Part shown: positions 1-13,000 of the stretch, one piece after another
Position numbering within the stretch: the stretch's first letter is position 1
Layout: each line of letters starts with the position of its first letter
Assembly: GCA_054600435.1 (NCBI GenBank)
Contig: BAAIJX010000010.1
Coordinates: 186,001-250,000 of the forward strand
Origin: Neophaeotheca triangularis
Lineage: Eukaryota
Length of the DNA stretch: 64,000 bases
Direction of reading: 5' to 3'
The notes under the pieces: model-generated
Seen by the model: only the letters and a program-made list of their open reading frames with translations
What the model was told of the DNA's origin: nothing
The model's database searches: none
Translations under genes and position numbers: made by a program

Positions 1-3000
1 TAGATGAGGCGGCTCATGTCGTACTTGGGCTCAACCTTAACGAGGGTATTAGTATTTAGACTACCGCTGAATCAAATGGCATATGTGTACGCACCTGTGC
101 AAGAATAAGTGCAGGGAGTACAGTCGTCTGGAAAATGACAAAGACGCGGTATTGCAATGCGGACCGAGAGTTGTCAAGCTAGAAGACCGGGTTAGCATAG
201 AGCATCGCAGGAAGAAGACCAGGACTACAAACCTGAAGGAACATCAGGCCAGTCAGCAGCGCAATCGTCACATGATTGAAGAACCTCGTAAAGCCATAGT
301 TCGGCGCCCGCCAAAAAGCCTTCTGTTGACGAGCATTGACAACACGAATCTGATGCCACAGGGGCGTGGCAAATTCCTTTTGCTCAATCTGCGGTGTGTT
401 ACCGCAATCCTCAGCACGTTGGCGTTTGATACGGGTGATTTCGTCCTTGGTGGCGGCCAGCTCGTCAGAGTCCCTCCATATCTCGCCCCAGTCCTTGTCG
501 CCGATTCTCGGGGCTTGGCCCGCTCCAATGGCGTCGAGCATCCATTCTGCTGGGTTGGCGTCGTGAGGGCAGTGCGCGCCATACTTGCTGAAATAGGCGA
601 GCAGAGTGCTGGCGTCGCGGCCGATGTCGCCGAAGTAGACGGTCTCGCCACCGCGCTGGAGGAGGAGCAGACGGTCGAAATTTTCGAACAGGGAGGCGTT
701 GGGTTGATGGATGGTGCAAAGGATTGCTTGGCCTGCAGCAGAGAGTTTGCGCAAGAAGCGCACAATGTTGAAGGCCGACTGGCTGTCGAGTCCAGAGGTG
801 GGTTCGTCGAGGAAAAGGAGTAGTTCTGGTTTGGCGGCCAGTTCGACACCGATGGTCACTCGCTTTCGCTGTTCGACGGCCAAGCCGGACTCTGGGTCGC
901 CAATCACTGCGTCGGCCATATCTTCCATCTCCAACAAAGAGATGATCTCTTCGACATAGGCGTATTTCTCTTCGCGGCTGGTCTCGTAAGGTTGTCTAAG
1001 ATCGGCGGAAAACCTCAAAGCCTCTCGGACGGTGGCTGAAGCTTCGTGGACATCCAACTGCTCTGCGTAACTTGTTCCACGCTGAAAGGCCGTGCCAGGT
1101 GGAGAGCCATCTACCAACTTGTCGCCACTGATAACACCAATGTTCTTGCGAGAGGCTAAAACATCCAGCAGAGTCGTTTTACCAGCACCACTAGCTCCCA
1201 TCAAAGCAGTCAGCTGTCCAGGCTTTACGTATCCAAAGATGTTTTTTAAAAGCCGCAGCTGCCCAGAAGGCACTGGCACATCATAGCAAAGATCTTCCCA
1301 AGTTAAGACGGCTTCGGACTCGATTTTGAGGTCGGATCCAGCATCGCCGGCTTCTTTATTCAGTCGACGCTCTTTTCTTGCTTTCAATTCATCGTTGAGC
1401 TCCTTGAGTTCCTTGTCTTCCTTGGCGAAGAATGTGATTGTCTTTCCGCCAGCACCCCATTGGACGTACTCTCCGAGGGTGGTATTGGCTATGAGGAAAC
1501 CAATGATGAGCGCCACGATGATGCCAAAGTTGCGCCACAAGTCGCTTCTAGAGTACCTAAAACCGGCTTCAATGTAGCTGGTCCCTGCAACGATCGGTTC
1601 ACCGGGACTTGAGCCTTGCAAAGTACAGACTTGGTTCTCAATGTTGTAGTCGGCGTTACCAGTTAGGTCATACGGAATCAGGGATGTACCATCGCAGCTG
1701 AGATCTATCCTGCCGAACTCGTTGGCCATTAGAGCAGCGAAGCCAAGCCCAAGAGCGTTGATGTAGAAAATCCAACGCAGCCAGACTTGCTCCGACTGCC
1801 ATTGAATCAAATAGCCGGAAGTGAGCACGAAGAGCGTGATGATGACAGCCGCGAATTTCATAGCGTAATCAAAGTCTGGACAGAGACATCCGACGGTCCT
1901 GAAAAATAGTGTCATTGCGAGGTAGCCTGAGACGATGATAAGGTAGAAGGTGAAGAAGGCGCCAGCGTCCAACACGAGGCCGCACATGAAGTAGACAATG
2001 ATAGAAAAGACCAGAATTTGTGCTGCTGAAAAGGCCGTATCGACGAGAATCTGTGCTATCCAGAGGGCTGAAGGTCGATGAAATGTAAACGCTCTGTGTT
2101 TGTTGATGATCGGACGGCCAAGCATTGTGCTCCCAAGTTCGCCAAAAGCCTGGAAAGCGTTGAAGAGGAGTGCAATGAACAGGAGACCACCACGGGTGAA
2201 AGCACCGTCGCTCGATTGAGGTAGTTGAAGCCAAACTGTACCCAAAACGATGGCGATGACAATGCTGGTGATCCAACTGACGACAAGCGAGAATCGATCC
2301 TGCCATTTGAGGATGAACTGGCGCTTCATCAAGGCCCAAATCTGCAAGTGAAAGGGGATCGTGTAGACGGATTTCTTCGGGGCGTGCCGCTTTCCTTCAA
2401 CGACGGCCGTTTTGAAGTCCTCGTAGACCTGCTGCTCTTCTTTGACGACTTTTCGATAGCTTGCCATGTCGTCGGCTAGCTGTGTGGCGTATTTGGACTC
2501 TCCGAAAGCTTTGACAAGTCCGTCTGGCGATGACGGGGCATTGGTCTTGTCGCGGCCTTCTTGATACTCTCTCTCAAACGGATCCGTACATCCTGTCAAG
2601 TAGTCTGGCGTGGTTTGGCGGGGCTTTTCACGGAAACCCAAGCCTTCAAAGTACGATCGAGCCTCCCGAGTTGGACCGAAGAAAACCTGGCGACCCTCGT
2701 CGATCACGAGGACCTTGTCGAACTGCGAATAGATGTTCTCCGAAGCCTGGTACAGCGAGACAAATGTCGTCGTATGGTATATGTTCGTCATAACTCGCAA
2801 AGATTTTGCGTAGTCAAGCGCAGTACTGGCGTCCAGACCCCTCGTCGAGTTGTCGTGCGAGCAAACGGCAGCACCTGTGCAAAAAAGCTCAGCAATTGAG
2901 ACGCGTTTTCGTTCTCCGCCGCTGATTCCACGAACGAAGGGGTTGCCAACGACCGTGTTCCTCGTGTGTTCAATGTTGAACATGCGAAGGAGCGTGGTGA

Positions 3001-3951
3001 CGACTTTCTCCTTGAACTCCTTGACGCCTAGCCCTTCTGGTCTTTTGCCAGGAACTTTGGTCTCCAGGGCAAATCCCAAGGTTTGACCAACAGTCAGAGT
3101 TGGATGATGGACCTCGTCTTCCTGGCAGTAGACTGCTTCGCCTCTGTATCGTTTCTCAAATTCCTTGCTGGTGAAGGGGCCGTAGAGAACCTCCCCATCG
3201 ACACTCGTATACCCGAAGCGCTGATTCGCAATCACCTTCAGGAACGATGTGCAGCCACTGCCCGGTCGCCCGAGCACCAAGACCATTTCGCCCGGCTTGA
3301 CCACACCATTGAAGTTTTGCAGAATCTCAATCTCCTTGGTTTTCTTGCCCAACCCAAACATGTGCATGATGGTACCGGGAATGTTGAAGAATGAGACGAA
3401 AGCGTCTGGGAAAGTGGGAATGATATTCTTGACACCACCAACACCGCGAACGGTCAAGTTCTCCCAAATGACCCCAATCTGCTTCGCCTTGATGCCAGCC
3501 TCGTCTTCCATGTCTTTATTCCCCCTCAACACCTCCTCGAGATTGAAAGTTTCTTCCTCGCTAGGGTCACAGAGACGGCCTTTTCAACATCCACCACCCC
3601 GAGCTTGGCACTTTTGTGGCTCTGCGCTCTAGACATCCTCCGTGATCGTTGGCTGATACCTGTGAGTTCGCGCTGCAATTGCGCGAATTCGTTGGTGGCA
3701 TCTTGGACGTTGACGTGGCTTTCGCGGCGTTCGACAGGGTGTTGGGTGGAGGCTCGAGATGAATCGGCGAGGGCATCTTTCTCGAGGAGTGCAGGATCGT
3801 CTGGGGTGGTTTTTGCGTGGGTAGGATGGTTGGTAGGCTCGTTCATGTTGCCAGTGGTCGTCGGTCGGACGGCATGGTGGTGGCCCGGGTGATTGAGGTT
3901 CAGCGCCTCCTCGACCTTCTCTTCGGCCGCGCCAACGGCGTTGCTTGCCAT
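1..3951 (-). CDS. PDR/ABCG full-size ABC multidrug transporter (SNQ2/AtrF-like); 3' end runs off the window; apparent frameshift near 3570
   Basis: NBD1 GRPGSGCTS, ISGGERKRVSIAE; NBD2 GASGAGKTTLL, AVEQRKRVTIGVELAAKP, LFLDEPTSGLDS; multi-pass TM domains. Introns 179-232 and 36-94 splice to FLQ|LDNSRSALQYRVFVIFQ...LAQ|VEPKYDMSRLI. ATG at 3951 (MASNAVGAAEEK) is in a different frame from the main ORF. Confidence 0.93.
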
Positions 3952-4995
3952 ACCTACCTGGCTCTTCAAGTGGAAGACAGCAAGCGCAAGTATCAAAGTC
4001 GGCTTGTGTTCAGCAATCCAAGCATACCTACTTTGCCTTTGAAACCCACAGCACCCCCAGACCAGCTTCCTAAAGGAAGCTTGAGTAGTATAACAAGAGA
4101 AAGAATGACGTGAAGAGTAGGAGGTAGCGAGGGAGGAGAGTCTGGAAGAGAAACAGACGCGAGATGCGAGATAGTATTGTCGAAACAAACCTGACCAAAA
4201 CGTAGCACTGTATGCCTTCCTTACCTTACCTTATATCTGTGAGTTGACTGCCGCGCCGGCTAATGGGATGAGTCGACATGAGAAAGCGCGACCACGACAA
4301 ACACGGCTCGCGGCGTCGATGCCCTCCCTGCTCGGCCTGCTCCTGCTTCTTTGGGGCTGGCGGTGTTGATGCCGACAAGAAGGACTCCACTTTTTGGAAA
4401 TTGGAAGGCGCGACTCAACGCACCCCGCAGGCAGCCAAAACAAAGACCCTGTCTTTCTGACACGTGACCCTCCTAAGGTTTTCTTCTTTTTCACAGACAT
4501 ATTGGAGTACTTGACGTGATAATCGGTGCTTCGCTATGGAACAAATATCCGTACAAACGTCCGCATCCACTCAATGGCCATGAGCACCCACCGCTGCGCA
4601 TTGGATGTCTCTAAACTTGCCCTAACTACTATCTCGGTGCAATTAACAAGCGAACGAAGCTCCGCATTGCTAAGCCCTAATTCTCATCTGATAACGCGGC
4701 TTCTAATCATCACCTTATCTGATCCTCCCGAGCCTTCGCTAACGTTTGACAATCCTGCCTCAGGCACTTCACTGAAGTACCAGGATCGCATATGCCGAAT
4801 TGACATGTGATAGTAATAGACACCCGTGGACGGCACACACACCAGGTATCTGCACTCCTTCCGACTCTCATCCCCCAACCCTCTGCAGATGAGTGTCGTT
4901 ACGAATCCTTGCCATCACCACTACTGACACGCATCGTCCATGCACTGCTTGGAGGAGAAAATACCACCGCCGTCACCCTATCACCAACCTGAGTT

Positions 4996-6744
4996 ATGGA
5001 GCTCCAGCGCGAACGCCCACCTGCTTACCACTCCCACGACCCTGATACTCTGAAACTCCCCTCAGTACCCTCCCACGATTTCAATACAACTTCGCAGAAC
5101 CAACACGACCTCCGCTTGCCAAATCTACAAACTGTCCTGTCTCCCGATTTCCAACGTGCTGACTCCCCTCCTCAAGATGGCACCCGCTCACCACTCTCAG
5201 TCCGCAGTCTGCCTCGGATGGACCCCGGTGACTCGAACAACGAGGCTAGGAAGAGCATGGATGGTGTTTTAATCAGTCCTTCGGATAATGGCAGCCGAAT
5301 GAGTGGAGAAGAGCGAGGGCTACGATCTGCGAGCGTGTTGTCAATGGATGATCCCGACGTGCGACTGGCGGCAGAGGCACTGTCTGGGCTTGGTAATCCA
5401 GGTGAGCAGTCTATTGAATCCTGACGTAAGAGACACTTGCTGATGTTTGTAGGCATGATGCGGTCTCCGCTGCACAATGGAGGCAGAGATTCCCGTCAAA
5501 CTTCGTCACCTCAAACTGCGCAGGATGAACGCATGGCATACCGCGGCTCACAGGACGGTCAACAGGAAGCAGAGCCGTTGCTCGAACTCTTTACGCAAGC
5601 GCACCCGTGGCTAGGGGGGACCATCAACGGTTCCATGTCTGCATATTCTACGACAAAGTACTACTCCCCTCGACTAGTGCAGTATGGTGTCGGCTTGATG
5701 GAGCGCAACGTTGGCATGCCTATGGTCAACACGGTTGGTAACGTCGGCAAGTACACTGGTGTAGAGAGCGGGTTTAGAAGATATCTTGGTGCTAGAAGGC
5801 CAGGGGACGTTGAACAGGGACTTGGCGGCGCAAGTATAGGAAAGCGACGAAGACTTGCTACAGGAGAAGACGTAGAAGATGAAGTCATGAGCCCATCCAG
5901 GCGAATCAGAGGCGACTCGCAAGGCTCGCAGATAGAAGGCTTACCACCGTGGAGCGCCAGCAAGCCTCCATCATACCGCGAAGAACAAAGTCCTGCAGCA
6001 GTGGACAGGAGACCGCAGAGCAATCGCAGCTGGTCCCGAAACGCTGCTGGTCAGCTTTTCGTCATGACATCGGGGCTCACTGTCGCGCTGAACCAGACAT
6101 CGCGTAGGACGCTTGCTTTGATTCTGCAAATGCTGAGCCAAGCCACTCAGCACATTACGACAGTCATGAACGCTCTCAAAATGGTGCTAGAGCAGTACGA
6201 CGAAGCTCGCAACCACTTCCACGAGAAGCAACACCAGTCAATGGAGAAGGGTGAAAGGCCGCAAACCCCAGACCAAGACGAAGCGGCTCGATACCTCGCC
6301 GCCATCATCAAGAAGCACTCCGACGATATCTGGCACACGATGAAGACTGTCGTCGACCACGTCTCCAACACGGCTGGCGGTGCTTTGCCCGGAAATGCTC
6401 GCCAATTCGTGCGTACGCAGCTCATGTCTCTGCCACAACGATGGCAAGTCGCGTCAAGCACGTCGGACAATCAGACTGCTGGGAACGGCACAGCTACCAG
6501 CGAGACGAGTCGATCTGCTCACAGAATGATTGCTTTTGGTATGGAGGCGCTGGACATGATGAGCCAGGTGTCGCAATGCGTGCAGGCTACTCTCGATTCT
6601 GCCGAGAAATGGCTGGCTTACGGTGGGAGGAGGCGTGTGCCCGATAAGAGTGCCGATGACGAGAGTCATGAACCATACCGGGACAATGTTGATGAGGAGA
6701 TGGGAGAAGCTGGTGCTGTAGAGGACGAGCAGACGCCTACATGA
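4996..6744 (+). CDS. OPI1: Opi1/ccg-8 family transcriptional regulator (exons 4996-5401, 5453-6744)
   Basis: DPDVRLAAEALSGL motif, AYSTTKYYSPRLVQYG, AGGALPGNARQFVRTQLMSLPQRW, TLDSAEKW; GTGAGC...GCTGAT...TAG intron 5402-5452 joins the two ORFs in frame. Confidence 0.85.
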
Positions 6745-6864
6745 AAGTTGAGTGTCGTTTAAGAAGACTGCAAGCTTCTCGATAGTCCGAAGACCACTGG
6801 ACCCGTCCATCGATGAGTGGCCAAGGTCAACGAGACCAAGCAAACTCGAAGCCTCTACCCATCT

Positions 6865-6896
6865 GCATCTAGCTTTGGTGGCATCTAGCTTTGGTG
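6865..6896 (+). repeat. Perfect 16-bp tandem duplication (gcatctagctttggtg)x2 in the Opi1 3' region
   Basis: Read directly from the sequence. Confidence 0.9.
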
Positions 6897-8621
6897 GCTA
6901 CTTACCATTCTGCGGCATCTGGAATATACGAAAATCCCCCGGCTCCTCGCCCAATTTATTGTACCTGGGTGCTCACATCTTTCGGGCAGGATGGGCGAAC
7001 AGAGCGCCTCGAGCCATGAATGGCTCTATGTCGCTCACCAACTACAGGCTTTCGCTGTGCTCGAGACGCCGTTGGAGGAAGTCTCCCTCAAAGCGAGCCT
7101 TTTGCTGGGCGGAGAATCTCCAGGCTTCTCGTTCCCCTGGGCTGGCGAAATAGGTTGACACGCGAGCGAGATGGTGGTCGTCTGGGCCCGCGAGGAGTCC
7201 TGTCGCCTATTACCGTAATTAGATTATCACACGGAACATTGACTGGACATCAAAGAAGCGTCAGACGGAGCTCTTCAAGACTGAAATGGGCAAGTGCCTG
7301 AGGGTAAGGTGTGCGACACTTGGAAGGTATACGGCCTGGAGATATACTAGCTATAGGAGATTACTTAGCTATAAGACAATGGATGGATACACTGCTATTA
7401 TCTCTTGCGACGCGCTGTCCACAACCGCCGTCATGTTATTTACCCACGGAGAGCAATGCAGCATCTCCCGTAAGGCCTACCGCGCTATATGTCGCCCCAC
7501 TGTTAGAATCACGTACCGAGATGTCCAGCACGGGATCCTGTGTAAAACCTCGATCATTTGATAGCGCCATGCTACTCTCCTTTTCGCGACCCAGCTTCTG
7601 GTTGCTGTACCTTCCCCTCCACAACATCTTGCACACAGAAGAGCTGTATCAACTACGCCAAGACCAGCCAGGAGTTGTACTGAACCATATGAGCCGCCTA
7701 TTCCAAAGGAGCATCCTACCGAGGTCGCGTTTTGAAGGATAGAGGACAGAACAAGACGTAGACATTCGGCAAAACGGATCGATACGTCTCCAACGGATTG
7801 GGCTCAAAGCGACAAATGACAGAAATCCACCGTTGTTTTGTCTAGTCAAACCCAAACCGCGATCATTTCCCAGCGCGACTTACAAGTCTGTACCCGGGCT
7901 GGTTGTAGAAGATTGATACATTCTGGAGCTACAGGAGATTCGTGACAGACTGGTAGGAAGATGGAGTCGTCCCAAATCGGGGAGGTTCTAGTACTGATGC
8001 TCTTTATGGGTCTACTACTGACCGAACAGCTAACGAGGCGGTTTCTAGTTGCTTAGAGAGCTTCTAGATCTAAATCATGGAGTCGTCTGCTTCCCTTAAT
8101 GACTACGTGAATGCTCTAGCTCAATGGGGTGCGGCGTGTAAGGATTGGAAATTCTTGAACGAGCTCTTAGTAGCAAGATTCGCTCCTATGTCCCTAGACT
8201 CAAGTAGATTGAGCCCTGAAGTGAAGTTATGCGCGGCCATGAGGATAGCTTCCTAGCCAAGTGACCTCGCTCCTGGGCCTGGGAGCATACAGTTGGTGGT
8301 TGGTGATGATCGATCGGTGTGATCACACGCGAGAGACTCTCTGCCAACCGGGAAGTTTTAAGTTGTCATCAACCAGGCCGTATTTACGAAAGGGCTTTGT
8401 TTCGGCGCAAGGCCTCTGTAATCGGCGTCTCAACTACCCAGGTACCCAGTCCGAATCGATCGCTCATGTGTATAACTATTTTGTGCAAGCTCAAATTTAT
8501 GTATGTTCGAGTCAGTCAGGCCAGTCTGCCAAGCCACGGCAGTCCCCGCGAGCTTCACCTCTCGACGACTCCAAACGACCCGCAACTACATTACTTCTCA
8601 AAAGCCAACACACACTCAACC

Positions 8622-9419
8622 ATGCTTCAACGAACATCGCGAAGGCTTGCGCCGGCGCTCCAGCAGCGCGCACAGCTGCTGTCGGCATCCCGGGCCTACA
8701 GTACCAACACCGATAACCCCGTGCCGGCCAACAACCCGAACCCCCAAGGGCGCAACTCCCCCGTCTCGAGCACCAACGAGCGCCCCACCTCCTCCGAAGG
8801 CTCCTTCGACAAGATCCTCCAGGAGTCTGTTGAGAAGGGAGAAGAGCGACGTGTGGCGCAGTCTCCCAACCGTCAGGGCATTTGGAGTAGGAGCCAGCAG
8901 CCGAGGGAGAAGGCCATGGTTGGGCCGCGGTTCGAGCAGACGATTATGGAAGATCAGGTATGGCCTTATGCCAGTGGAAGCAGGCTCTAAATTTATGCAG
9001 TATGAGGGCACAAAACTGACGGATGTCCTGCAGCCTCGCCCTCTGGCCGCCATCGACCTGATCCACAAACAGCCTGTGCGCTGGAGCAAGACCAGCTCCG
9101 TCTCATGCGACGGCGGCGGAGGCCCATTGGGCCACCCGAGAATCTTCATCAACCTCAACAAGCCGCAAATCTGCTGGTGCACTTACTGCGGAGTGCCATA
9201 CGTACGTCCATCCGCGTCGGGGTGACTTGGCAAAGTACTAACAAGTTCCGATAGGCGCACGAATCGCACCGCAAGCACCTTGAAAGTCTCCCTTCCACTA
9301 CCTACCCACTCGAACCCACTGGAGATGCCGCACAAGCAGATCTGAAAGAGATTGGCGCTAAGACGGGTGCCACTGAGCCATACCAGAGCAACACCGGCGC
9401 GCCGTTGGAGCAGAGATAG
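8622..9419 (+). CDS. NDUFS6: NADH:ubiquinone oxidoreductase 13-kDa Zn-finger subunit (NDUFS6/NUMM); exons 8622-8957, 9034-9201, 9255-9419
   Basis: Mitochondrial presequence MLQRTSRRLAP...RAYS; QSPNRQGIWSRSQQPR, GPRFEQT; zf-CHCC CDGGGGPLGHPRIFINL...CTYCG; two canonical introns. Confidence 0.93.
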
Positions 9420-10020
9420 AATTGAATTGCGTTGCTGTACATATTCTTTACGAGTTACATTATACCTACACTTCTTGAAACACTGTGTCGGAAAGTATGA
9501 GATGCTCGCGAGCGAAAGCGAGACCGATTTTCAGGTGTGATGCGCCATTCATGGTTGTGCGAACCGTGGAGAGCCTTGCACTTAATTCCTGCGGATGTGA
9601 AGTCAAAACACACCCCTTGATGTCTTGCCAGATTCATCGACTACCCTAAAGGCGGTGGCTTGTAAGCTCACCGACTTCTCGCCTTCCTTTGCACATCTCC
9701 GACGACAGGAGTTGAGCCCCGGTGTTACCCTGTGGGCCGGTATGAGATACTATTTTTGGTTCTGAATGCAGCTTCCAGCATCCCAAAGCAGCCTCTGAAT
9801 GGAACCGTAAACTATTGCTACAAAGCAATCGCAATGTCGCCTCCAGCGCCATGCTAGTTATCATCCCGTTGCTGACCCGCATCCACCAAAACCCCCTTAG
9901 AACCACGCTCCACTCTCGTTCAAAACGCCGCGTCCAGATACCAGCACCATAACTCCACGCTAAATCAATCACTCTCCACTAAGCTCCTCTACATCCACCC
10001 CCCCCTCTCCCCGAATCCCC

Positions 10021-13000
10021 TTACAACCAGGGCATCCACAACAAATCCGTCTGCGCCAGCTTCTCAGGATTAGTAGCCCTGGCGATCAAATCCAACACGC
10101 TCTGACTCGCGGGCAAATTCGGCGGCGTAGGCTCCTTGGCAATCGCCAAAGCCTTGTTGACAATCGCGTCCGCATTCTTGGAAACCGTTTCCCGCAGTTC
10201 ATCGGACTTGACACTCGGACGGTGCGCTTGTGTGTACCAGAAGGACATCTCGTCGCGCAGGAAGATGGAGAGCTGGTGCTCCATTTCGCAGTTGGTGTTC
10301 TCGAGGATACCGCTCGGGGCCGGAGGCGCGGGACCGCCGTTTGTAGCTGCTGGTGTAGGTGTGGAGGAGTTGTAGGAGCTGTCGGCTGTGAGGCAGCGGG
10401 CGATGGCCATGAGAGCGCAGGCGAAGATGCCCTCGGTGTGGATGGGTCCCATAAGAACTTGCAAATTGGGCGTCAGGCGGAAAGGCACCATCTCTGAGTT
10501 CTGGAAGTAGGGCCGCGAGCTGCCCATTGTGGGGATCAGTTCGGAGCCCCAGACGTTGCCGTTACGACGCGCAATAGACATCTTGTGTGGGTAGCGCTGC
10601 GTCATGTGCATTGTGAAGGTGATGTATGTGAGGGCGGCCAGCTGGTAGGCGAACTGCCTGCGGAAGAGCCAGAAGGCGTCGTAGGACGGAAAGGTGGAAG
10701 AGAAAAAGTCACGGACGGCCGTCTTGGGCACCATACGCTCCTGGATGTGGTTGAGAGCCTCCATCCGTACCGGCAGGTATTGTTCTTGCTTTTGGGCACC
10801 CAGAGCACGCATCTTGTCCATGGTGAACATTGTAGGCTGGTCCTTGTCGAACTCGTTACGGCGGCAGTGGTCCTCGTAAATGCCTTGTAGCGTCATGTAC
10901 GAAGCGTCATCCTCAATCATACGAATGCTGGGTGAAAGTGGAACCATGACCGGCAGATGGAACTGCAGATTCCTGCGCCTGCTCTCCTTCTTCCTCGCAA
11001 GAGTGCTATTGAACAATCGGAAAAGCTGCAAGATGCGCTCTTCACGACGACTGTTCCTCGGCGCAGGGTGCTGGATTGCAAAAGGATGGATGCTTCCGTC
11101 GTGGCCACGAATCTTGAGGCGGCGGTGGCAGCTGTTCACGCCACGGACGAGGTCCACTAGCGGCAAGAAGCGTTCGATCCTGACAAAGTCTTGGTTCTTG
11201 TCACGATGCTGGAGGTACTGTCCAGGCACTTCGACCTCGTCGAACCAAACGAATCTGAACCCGCTGAGGTGAGTTGTCTGCTCGAGGTGGAAGACCGAGG
11301 CCCTATGATCCAGACGCTCGGCAAGCTTGTCACGCCATCTGCGCAGTTTCTGAATGTACTCAAACATCGTCGGCTTCCTAGAGACAAAGTCCTGCTCGAA
11401 AGATTTCCTCGTGTGCGGCGGCAAGATGTTTTCGGCGAAGCGAGTGATGTTGGCTTCCGTCTGCGCCGGCAACTTATTGTCTTGATGGAAAGCGTGCGGC
11501 GAACGACCAACGTAGCTGAGAGCGTCGTTCAAAAGCGCGACGATCAATCTGTAAGCATCTTCGTCTGGTGGGCACTTGAAGTGCTTCTGAATCTGCTCGA
11601 CCATGGCTTCCATAGACGCATACAGCAATGGGAACGCCGTGCGAAGCGTGATGACCAATGATTCTGTGTGCTCCCATGGCTTCTTTGGACGAGGGGTCTC
11701 GCTGTTCGTGTTGTTGGCCGGCGTGCCTTCCTGGCCTTCTGTCTTCATTTGCGGTCCGTCTTGCGTTCCAGTCATTTGTACATCATTGCTGGTACCAGTG
11801 CCAGGTCTAGCGTTCGCACCGCCTGCGCTCTCCGGCCTCTGTCCAGGCGAGCCCTGCTGGCCGGCGTTCTCACCGCCACTCTGCTTGAGCCTGGCAGCCT
11901 TTTCGCGCTGTTCCTTACTGAGCTGAGCCTTACGGATAACTTGCATGTCATCGTGACTAGTTCGAAGCTGGAAGTGCAAAGCTTGAGGATAAGTCTTGGC
12001 CAGCTTGGTGAGGATCTCGTGGGCAATGTTGGCCTCACCCTCTTTCCGCGAGAGGTTGTTGAGCAGCTGGGGGATAAAAGTGACCCAGTACCAGAGCGGC
12101 GACTCTCCCTTGAAATTGCCGTAAGTCTTTGCGAGCGTACCTTCATCATCGTCCAAGCTCAGCAGCCACAGGATGCGGCTCAACAGCTTCCTCGACTTGG
12201 CACTCTTGTACTGGCCAGCGGCTTCAAGGTAGCAACTGAGAGCATTACCCGCCAATTCCAAGTTCGTCGGTTCCTCCTTGAAGAGATAGTCGCTGTACCG
12301 GCCCCATTCCGCCCAAGCCTTCGGCAACTTGATGTCAAAGAACAGAGCAGTGCCGAAAGCGTCGTGCGCCTCGTCCTTTTGATTGAGCTTGCTCAGGAAC
12401 ATACCCTTGAGCGTATAGAACTCGGCTTTTTGCTGCTGACCAAAGTAGTTGAGGTTGGTGTTGTTGATAACGTCCAACCCGCTTGTTAGCTCGGCGCGGT
12501 TCTGGTAGTGGCACTTGGCTTGCTCTCTGAGCTTGAGGAAGGCTTCCTGGATCTCAATATTGGGCAGAGTGTAGATCTTGCTCAGCTGTGTGATGCAGAC
12601 GTCGGGCATTTGGTGCTTGCGTGCCACATGAGCGAAGCGGTTAATGATCCAGGCAGTCTCGTGGTAGCCGCGATAGGCATAGCTATTGCCGGTCGCGTTA
12701 CCGTTGGTCTGAGGCAGCAGGTTCAGGTACGTCCCGTTGATGAGCTGGAAGATGTGTTGACGCCAAGTGACAAGGTCTTGCCAGGCATTGATATCGTCCC
12801 ACAAATTGGGCAAGCGGTCGCGCCAGGTGCTGAGCAGCACTTTAAGCTCTTGAGACTTGACGTCGAGGTTTGCAGCGTTGGTCTGGGCGAGGCTATTGCA
12901 GATGACGCTAGCATCGTGGAGCTCGACCAACTGCTGGAAGTTTTGCAAAAGCCCAATATGCGCGTTGGTGACTTGACGAGGCAGCTTGTGCCAGTTCTTG

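Noticed and set aside
6900..8250. Short ORFs between OPI1 and NDUFS6, including a possible decayed secreted-protein fragment near 7570-7740
   Set aside because: No coherent frame, motifs or splice pattern that I can support.
8261..8621. Upstream ORF extensions of NDUFS6
   Set aside because: GTG starts; the presequence begins at ATG 8622 in good context.
10021..11200. Missing kinase catalytic residues in the TRA1 PI3K-like domain
   Set aside because: Expected; Tra1/TRRAP is a known pseudokinase.
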